Source of the DNA: Octopus vulgaris | Lineage: Eukaryota | Length of the DNA stretch: 64,000 bases | Assembly (NCBI GenBank): GCA_951406725.2 | Contig: OX597825.1 | Coordinates: forward strand, 50,964,001 to 51,028,000 | Direction: 5' to 3' | Shown here: positions 55,751 through 64,000 of the stretch, one piece after another | Layout of the letters: each line of letters opens with the position of its first letter | How positions within the stretch are numbered: position 1 is the first letter of the stretch | Translations under genes and position numbers: made by a program | Notes under the pieces: generated by a model | Seen by the model: only the letters and a program-made list of their open reading frames with translations | Database searches by the model: none | What the model was told of the DNA's origin: nothing

Positions 55751-56963
55751 CGAGGGGCGTTCAATAAGTAATGCCTCTGACCACTTGCAGTTGTTTGATC
55801 TAGCTGAAATTTTGCATGTGCAATTACCTATATCTCTATGGATTAAGTAGCAAATTACAGCTCTGAACTAATTGTGATGCGGATTTTGTATTTGAAAGGA
55901 CGCACACCACGGGAGACTTTTGATGAAATAAAAGTAACTTATGGTGATGATGCCTCATCATATGACCTTGTAAAACGCTGGCATCGTGAATTCAAACATG
56001 GTCGGAACTTTGTGGAAACAGCTCCCAGATCTGGTCGCCCCCTTCTACCATTGATGAGGCATCTGTCCGTCAAGTTGAGGCTGCCATTTTGGAAGATCGA
56101 CGCATAACTATTCGCCAAATAGCCCATGAGGTCAAGATTAGTACCGGGTCTGTGGAAACTATCATTCATGACCATTTGCATATGCAAAAGGTGTCTGCCA
56201 GATGGATTCCCAGGCTGCTCACACCTTTCCAGAAGCAAGAACGCGTCGATAGCGCGAGGATGAATTTGAAGATGTGTCAAGAAGATGAGTCCAAATTTTT
56301 CAAAAGACTGATTACACAGGATGAAACCTGGGTCCATCACTATGATCCAGAGACCAAAGCCCAGTCAATGCAGTGGAAGCACCGTGACTCACCTCCTCCA
56401 AAGTAGGCAAGGGTGCAGCCCTCCGCTGGCAAGGTCATGCTCACAGTCTTCTGGGACCAGGACGGAGTAGTGATGACAGATTTCTTGGCAAAGGGTGCCA
56501 CAATTACAGGAGTCTATTATGCTTCACTTTTGAGGAAATTAAGAGGAGCTATCAAAATCAAGAGGCGGGGCAAGATCAGCAAAGGCATCCTCCTCCTGCA
56601 GGATAACGCTCCGATCCACAACTCGCGTGTCGCCAGATCAGAAGCACAGGCGTGCGGCTATGAACTCATCCCCCATCTCCTGACCTGCACCCTCTGATTT
56701 TCACCTCTTCCCAGCCATGAAGTTATTTTTGAAAGGAAAGCGTTTCCCAGATGATGCAGCCTTGATTTCTGAAGTCACGTCGTGGTTGGAGGACCAAGCT
56801 GGGGTCTTCTACAAAAACGGTCTTCAGAGCTGCATCAAACGATGGGAGAAATGCGTAACTCTGGGTGGTTCCTATGTAGAAAAAGACTAATAACTGTGCC
56901 AAGTTTCGTTGCTCTACTGCTATGGGAAGTGGGTCAGGGGCATTACTTATTGAACGCCCCTCG
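55751..56963 (+). mobile_element. Full-length mariner (DD34D) transposon with disrupted transposase
   Basis: 32-bp TIRs CGAGGGGCGTTCAATAAGTAATGCC(T/C)CTGACC with one mismatch and TA flanks. Motifs WIPRLL, ITQDETW, LLQDNAP, SDFHLF. Frameshift near 56045, stop at 56404 and a deletion in YSPDL. Confidence 0.95.
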
Positions 56964-57363
56964 TATATATATATTAATAGTGTTCACTTCCGGACTACCT
57001 CACTTAGCGAGAGTTTTTCGGTTCGAATCGCACGAGTCTCGAAGTGTGCTAGAGAGTTTTTATTTTGGTTATATTTGGGGTACTTAATTGTGCTCATGAC
57101 TTAGTGTTCGCTTCTTCCGTGGGTATAAGTAATTATTTCACTTATTTCTATGCCGCATTTTCCACTGATGAAAGGAAGGTTTTTATGAACCAATTCGGAA
57201 ATCGAGTCCGATATGGTAATATCGGGTTTTTTTTTAGAAATTTCTGTCGGCTTTCTTCGAATCACGTGCTTGTAGTGATAAATTACATGGTTATTGACGT
57301 TGTGTCTATTTTCGGCATATTTTGGCATTAGAATTTTTTTTCTTTTGCCCTTGCTTATAAATT

Positions 57364-57399
<36 letters not shown>

Positions 57400-57471
57400 A
57401 TGTGTATGTATATGTATATATACACTATAATAAAAGTCAGGATGTATGAGATGAATATATTTATTTCACAT

Positions 57472-57669
57472 GCATTTGATTGCAGCCATGCTGGAGCACC
57501 GCCTTCAGTCGAGCAAATCGACCCCGGGACTTATTCTTTGTAAGCCCAGTACTTATTCTATCGGTCTCTTTTGCCGAACCACTAAGTGACGGGGACGTAA
57601 ACACACCAGCATCGGTTGTCAAGCAATGCTAGGGGGACAAACACAGACGCACAAACACATACACACACA

Positions 57670-57715
<46 letters not shown>

Positions 57716-57875
57716 TACGACAGGCTTCTTTCAGTTTCCGTCTACCAAATCCACTCACAAGGCATTGGTCAGCCCGGGGCTATAGCAGAAGACAGTAGCC
57801 CAAGATGTCACGCAGTGGGACTGAACCCGGAACCATGTGGTTGGTAAGCAAGTTACTTACCACACAGCCACTCCT
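57472..57875 (-). mobile_element. tRNA-derived SINE (38227 family)
   Basis: Closely matches 38670-39046. Confidence 0.9.
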
Positions 57876-57942
57876 GGATATGTTGTAAATTATATAATAC
57901 TATTGTACAATTTAGAAAATAATACAGGTATAAAATATACAT

Positions 57943-58020
<78 letters not shown>

Positions 58021-58137
58021 TTGAAAATGGATGCGTCTCTCCCAATTAAATAATAAACAGTAAATATTATATATATATGAATATACATTCACATACATAT
58101 ATGTATATATAATTGCAACGTGGAAGGTGTTTATAAG

Positions 58138-58177
<40 letters not shown>

Positions 58178-58194
58178 CATACACAGACACAGAT

Positions 58195-58230
<36 letters not shown>

Positions 58231-58260
58231 GTATATATATAATATATATATTATATATAT

Positions 58261-58962
58261 TAACGGCATTACTATACATAAATGCCTTACACGAGAAGGG
58301 ACTCTTAAAGTCAATACTACCATAATAAACACATTGTACCGAACGCGAGGGATTGCAACTCTCGAAACGAGTCCTTTAAAAAACAGATTCAGCTGCAGAT
58401 CATATGATTTCATAATTAGCGCACAAAATGCACTTTTTAATCGGCAGTGCACGCATAATCAAGAAACATTAAAATTAATAAAATCAACATACCCAACGAA
58501 CACCAAATATATCCAGCATAGTACATAGAATTATTCACACATATATATCCACGTAAAAGGCGGGCTTTTCGAATTGCATCTCTGTACACGTGTTTATTCA
58601 GAATAAAATTGAGCACTGAATATATTCCGGTTAAATTTACAATTTAAAAATAGAATAAGATCTTTATAAGAAATTATCAAGTAGTTAGCGTGAAAAGCCT
58701 CATAAGGGAAAATAATTATTAATTATTCCCTTAAAGTATATTCCCTTTAAATGCATTCCCTCGCGTTCGGTACAATGTATTTATTATGGTAGTTTTGACT
58801 TTAAGAGTCCTTTCTAGCGTGAGGCGATTATGCTTAGTAATGCCTTTAATATAAATATATATATTTGAAATGAATAATTAATAAACTTTTTCCTTTATGA
58901 GGTTTTTCATGCTAACTACTTCATAATTTCTTATAAAGATTTTATCCTATTTTTAAATTGTA
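58261..58962. repeat. Two interleaved inverted-repeat pairs (A..B A' B')
   Basis: 58261-58356 pairs with 58753-58848; 58640-58730 pairs with 58872-58962. Confidence 0.8.
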
Positions 58963-59031
58963 TATATATATGTATATATACATGTACATATATATATATA
59001 CATACATATACATACATACATGTATATATAT

Positions 59032-59237
59032 ATACTAAGTAATTAAGGGTTTAGCAACGATTTGCCTCACCACACACCGAATTTAGAAATAGCAGTCAAC
59101 GAGTTATAGCTATTCCTTTCTACTAAAAGGGAGATCTCCCTTTTAGTAGAAAGGAATAGCTATAACTCGTTGACTGCTATTTCTAAATTCGGTGTGTGGT
59201 GAGGCAAATCGTTGCTAAACCCTTAATTACTTAGTAT
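59032..59237. repeat. Perfect 206-bp palindrome with no spacer
   Basis: 103-bp arms centred on GGGAGA|TCTCCC; no mismatch found by eye. Confidence 0.95.
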
Positions 59238-59334
59238 TACTTAAACTTTCCTCAAATGGGGCTTTTACATGCCGAAATCTACATGGTGAAATTAATGATT
59301 ATTCTAAATTAATTAATTTCTCCTTACATTATTA

Positions 59335-59382
<48 letters not shown>

Positions 59383-59383
59383 G

Positions 59384-59415
<32 letters not shown>

Positions 59416-59984
59416 CATGCATATATGGGTACAGGACGTCACCAACGGTGCAAATAACATGAAACACGTAAAACGGAAACAAACAAAAAAATTGCAAAAC
59501 AGGACAAGGTAACACATTGAAAGGACCCTTCATCAGTTGTTAGACCAGAGTGAGAGGAAAATAGTGAAAGCTGGGAGAAATATTTTGCTGGAAGGATAGA
59601 GAGAGAGTGTTCTATACCAATGCCTTACATGCCTCTGGTAAACAACCCATGCCTCATTCCCATATAGCAAAGATGAGAGGATGTATGTGTTATATACCTT
59701 AACTTTAATTTGTGAAGATATATGATGACCACCACAGATCTACAATGGAAGAATTCACCACGTGTAGTTGAGGGTAAAAGAAATCGTTGAACGACAGTAA
59801 GTACGTCCAAAATTTATAAAGCAGTGACATACATACATACATAGATACTTGTAGCACACATGTATATACGTGCAGAGTGAAAATAAATCACACTATTTAA
59901 TGTGACGGACTACACTGCAAAAAAATCAAAAATTTCATTTCTGTTTACAAACTTTCTCCGTGTCTATACGCACAAATACTTTTA

Positions 59985-60097
59985 TGTATACACACGCAAT
60001 ATTTAAGAAAAAAAGGAATATACACAAAAAAGAACGAAACATGTGTATATACACACGCAATATTTAAGAACAAGGAATATACACAAAAAAGAACGAA
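59985..60097. repeat. ~60-bp tandem duplication upstream of the CR1 ORF1
   Basis: TACACACGCAATATTTAAGAA..AAGGAATATACACAAAAAAGAACGAA occurs twice. Confidence 0.85.
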
Positions 60098-60185
60098 TCA
60101 AAAACAAATATTTTATATTTTACTTTTATCGTATTGTTGTTTACATTTTCTGTCTCTACGGATGACCAGAACCAACTGAATCGCC

Positions 60186-61391
60186 ATGGTGAAATCCATA
60201 GCGGCGTGCGATAAGACTGGTCGCTGCTCTAAAATAGAACACTGCCCAGAAAATCACACCTGCCACATCTGTACGGAACCCGAAAATACGTTCCGTAATC
60301 GCTGGGTCGAATGTGGGACATGTTTCATCTCTGTCTGCCTCCAATGTGCCACGGACTTTCAGAAGATCCCAGGCCAAAAAAAGAGCCATCATAATGCTAT
60401 GATGGATAGACTCTGGAAGATGGTTCAGCTTAAATCTTGGACTTTTCAGTGTCAGGCCTGCGTGCCTCCACAACCGACGATTGTGTCTCCCCCTGCCACT
60501 CCCGTGGAGGAGGCGGAACAGCAACAGCAGCAACAACAAAATCAACCACAACCAGAGCAGCAGCAACAACAACAGCAACAACAACAGCAGCAGCAACAAC
60601 TAGAGCAGCAGCAGCAGCAACAACAAAATCAACCACAACCAGAGCAGCAGCAACAACAAAATCAACCACAACCAGAGCAGCAGCAACAACAACATCAACA
60701 ACAACAACAGCAACAACAAAATCAACCACAACCAGAGCAACAGCAGCAACAACAACAACACCAATTGACCAGTGCGGTTCTTGCAGAACTGCAACAATCG
60801 ATCTGTGCTTTAAAAGGGGAAGTAGCAGGAATAAAAGCAACCATTCAGGTTGGACTCCACAATGAGGGGTCTTATCGGAATGCTCTGCTAAAGAACCTCC
60901 CTGTACCTGTACCTCTTGTCGCATTTAAGACCGCGGATTCTGCCACCCATGAAGTCATTGCCATTGGGGTGCCAGAAGACATGGCTGATCTTCAGGCTTT
61001 TGCTGCCAACTCAGCCAAAGACCTAGGCTGCGTTCCCCCAACGGGTGCTATCCGCCTTGGACGACCTGGCCCAAAACCTAGGCTCATCAAGTTGTCTTTT
61101 ACGGACCCCACTGAGGCAACCTCTTACCATCTGGCCTCAGTTAAAGCTGGGCGGGAAAATCGGACAACCTTCCGAACACGCCCAGGCTTACCGTCCGATG
61201 TACGCCCAAAGCTACGTGTAGTGGCTTCCCTGAATAGGAACTCAGCTCTACAGGAAAGCTTCAGTCTTCGGGAAGATGGACAAATCTGGAGATTTGTCAA
61301 GACTGCTGAAACGTGGAAGAGAGATACCAGCTGGTCTGAGTGCTCTCTACCCACAATAACTAAAAAAACTACAGCAACTCAGGGAAACTAA
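60186..61391 (+). CDS. CR1-type LINE ORF1 protein (PHD-like finger, polyQ repeat, coiled coil, RRM-like C-terminal region)
   Basis: Intact 401-aa ORF. CHIC..WVECGTC..CLQC..FQCQAC; Q-rich tract; LAELQQSICALKGEV; AIRLGRPGPKPRLIKLSF. Confidence 0.9.
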   Translation: MVKSIAACDKTGRCSKIEHCPENHTCHICTEPENTFRNRWVECGTCFISVCLQCATDFQKIPGQKKSHHNAMMDRLWKMVQLKSWTFQCQACVPPQPTIVSPPATPVEEAEQQQQQQQNQPQPEQQQQQQQQQQQQQQLEQQQQQQQNQPQPEQQQQQNQPQPEQQQQQHQQQQQQQQNQPQPEQQQQQQQHQLTSAVLAELQQSICALKGEVAGIKATIQVGLHNEGSYRNALLKNLPVPVPLVAFKTADSATHEVIAIGVPEDMADLQAFAANSAKDLGCVPPTGAIRLGRPGPKPRLIKLSFTDPTEATSYHLASVKAGRENRTTFRTRPGLPSDVRPKLRVVASLNRNSALQESFSLREDGQIWRFVKTAETWKRDTSWSECSLPTITKKTTATQGN

Positions 61392-61444
61392 GCCAGAACA
61401 ACCTGCCATCCTCTACACACCATCATAAACTGCGAGCAGGGTAA

Positions 61445-64000
61445 AAATTGTTTTCCTTAAATGCTCGCAGTTTATGCAACAAAATACATTTGTTCAACGC
61501 CTACGTCAGAAGTGTTGACCCTGACTTCATCACTGTCACGGAAACATGGGCGCATTCCTTACTCTGTGATGGGGTTTTCAACATTACGGGGTACAACCTC
61601 TTCCGTAAGGACCGCACTAACCGCCGTGGTGGTGGTGTGATGGTCTACGTTCGTTCAAATTTTTTGGTAATTCCTTGTGCCGATTTGAACGAATCACAAG
61701 AAGAAGTTTTTTTCTGTGACGTGCGTATGACCATGTCAACACTCCTGCTTGGCGTTGTTTATCGTCCCCCAAGTTACCATCGGGACACACAGCTTTGCAA
61801 TGTCCTCCGAGCTGCTGCCAGGAAAACAGCCACTTATGTGTTTATTGCAGGCGATTTCAATCATCCTGAGATCGATTGGGAGACCTTCCATTGGCCACAG
61901 AGTGCAAACGATTTTGTTGAGCTTGTGCTGGACTCAAACTGGTCACAAGTAGTCACCTCTCCAACAAGAGGCGACAACACCTTGGACCTGCTCTTCACCA
62001 CAACTCCTGAAGCGGTTATCAATTGCACTACGGAGGAACCTCTAGGTGACTCTGATCATGCTATGATCATCGCCAATCTGGCTCTTGTGGGCAACAAAAG
62101 CCTGAACCATCTCCAATCTGCTTCCTTCGATTGGAAGAGAGCAGATTGGAACCTGTACCACACTGAACTACAGCACCCAAACTGGCGTGAATTCTACAAC
62201 TCTGGAGATGTGAATACTATACTCCAGAGTATCCTGGACTCAATATGGGCAGCATGTGCAGCATCAGTGCCACGTAAACAAAAAAAGAAGAACCGCCCCA
62301 AAAGGGCAATTTGGGAAACTTCAGCGGTCCGACTTGCCAGGAGGGAACGTCGGACTGCTGAACGGGAATACAGGTTGCATAAATCAGACACCAACAGGAA
62401 GAAGCGGAATAAATCCTCCAACCATCTCAAGCAAGTGACAAAAAAAGCAGTGCTTGAATTTGAACAGTGCATAGCAGCCAATCCTGACAGCAAGGTTTTC
62501 TGGAAATATGTGCACTCAAAGCAGAGACCTCACTCTCCAGTGGGCCCTCTTCGCAACCCTCACACAAACAAGATCACTGACGACCCCAAGGAATGCGCAG
62601 AACTCATTGCCGAGTGCTATGCAAACATATTCACTGTTGAAAGTCAAAATGTACCATCTTCACCATCACTAACAGCAAACTCCATAACAACTATGGAATT
62701 TACACCTGCAATGCTGCGACGTCACCTTCAAAATAAGCGCAACTATGCCTCCCCTGGTCTCGATGGAGTTACATACCTGCTTCTCAAACGTGGCAGGCAC
62801 TTCCTTTTACACCAGCTTTCTATTTTCTTCCAGTACTGTCTCAACAATGGTGCTACTCCGGAGCAGTGGAAAACTGCCAGTGTCATTCCTCTGTTCAAAA
62901 AGGGCGACCGCACATCACCTGTCAACTATCGCCCAGTCAGTCTCACTAGCTGTATTGCAAAACTGATGGAATCGTGTGTCAGAGAAACACTCTGGAACTT
63001 CTGGAGCTCTCACAGTCTCATCCGACCCTCACAATATGGATTTGTCCCTAACTCCAGCTGCAGTGACCAGCTTGTCGAGTTCCTTGAGGACATTACTCAG
63101 ATTACTGACAGTGGCTCATGGGTGGATGTTGTTTACCTTGACTTTGCTAAGGCTTTCAACTCTGTGCCACACAAAAGGCTTATGGTGAAACTCTCGTCAA
63201 TGGGTGTGGGGGATGACCTTTTTAACTGGTTGAAATCCTTCATCCTCAGCCGAAAGGAGGTAGTCACAGTTCTAGGACAGCACTCTACACCATATGAGAT
63301 GTCATCGGGTGTACCACAGGGATCTGTCCTTGGTCCCCTCTTGTTTGTGGCATACATTAACGACATAGATGCCAATTTAAGGAATGCCACAGTATTGAAA
63401 TATGCAGACGACATCAAGCTGTACCTTGAAATCAAGAGGACAGATCCTGATGTCTACAACTCTTTCCTGCAATCAGACCTAGACACAATGCAGCAATGGA
63501 TCACAGACTGGCAACTGAAACTGGCTGTGGACAAGTGTACCACCATGCATTTTGGGAGAAAAAAACCTGCGTTCACATACTCCCTCCACAACACTGATAT
63601 CAAGAAATCCTCTTGCGAGCGTGACCTAGGCATCACTGTCAGCAGTGATTTGCGTTGGTCAAAGCATATCTCTAAGATTGTCAGGAAGGCCGAGGGTGTC
63701 TTGGCATCACTCAGCAGGTCTTTTGTTAGCCGCTCTCCAGCCATCTATTTAAAACTGTATACAGCTATGGTACGACCACACTTGGAATTCGCATCATCAG
63801 TTTGGAACCCCTATCTTGCACAGAACATTGACCTCCTGGAATCTGTCCAGAGACGTGCAACCAAACGCATACCCTCCATCAGACACCTACCATATTCTGA
63901 GCGCCTTGTTTCCCTGGGCATGGATTCACTGAAGCTCCGGCGTTTGGCGACGGACTTGGTAAACACCCACAAAGTTATCAACCACCTCACCAACAACAAC
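61445..64000 (+). CDS. CR1-type LINE ORF2 (APE endonuclease plus reverse transcriptase), runs off the window
   Basis: LNARSL, VTETW, RGGGV, VYRPP, AGDFN, TLDLL, GDSDH; NYRPVSLTS, QYGF, LDFAKAFNSVPH (N in place of the usual D), GVPQGSVLGPLLF, YADD. No stop in the part I translated (to ~62080), and the ORF track lists no terminated ORF in this frame. Confidence 0.92.

Noticed and set aside
59505-59540. CTGATGA on the minus strand of a repeat related to 35380-35430
   Set aside because: No closing stem II plus GAAA downstream.
60156-63999. Antisense and alternative-frame ORFs within the CR1
   Set aside because: Shadows of the real ORF1/ORF2 and of the CAG/CAA repeat.

Overview
Eukaryotic, AT-rich, repeat-saturated DNA. 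The microsatellite load and the SINE/LINE families suggest a coleoid cephalopod, probably Octopus (inference). I found no convincing host protein-coding gene; most ORFs in the supplied track are microsatellite read-throughs. The window holds a young CR1-type LINE at the right edge (PHD-finger/polyQ ORF1; APE+RT ORF2 open to the window end) and a decayed CR1 with a Myb/SANT-like ORF1. It also holds several Dong/R4 retrotransposon fragments in (TAA)n tracts, RTE and Penelope (GIY-YIG) remnants, a full-length mariner, a mariner/Tc1 chimera, a probable non-autonomous Helitron and many tRNA-derived SINEs. The strongest leads are: a G_GGA_AAC -1 frameshift site linking CR1 ORF1 to an AUG-less ORF2; a 5S-rRNA-headed SINE carrying a CR1-type tail; variant hammerhead-ribozyme motifs; a perfect 206-bp palindrome; and a tail-to-tail inverted SINE pair. 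All translations and alignments were done by eye, and the boundaries of decayed elements are approximate.
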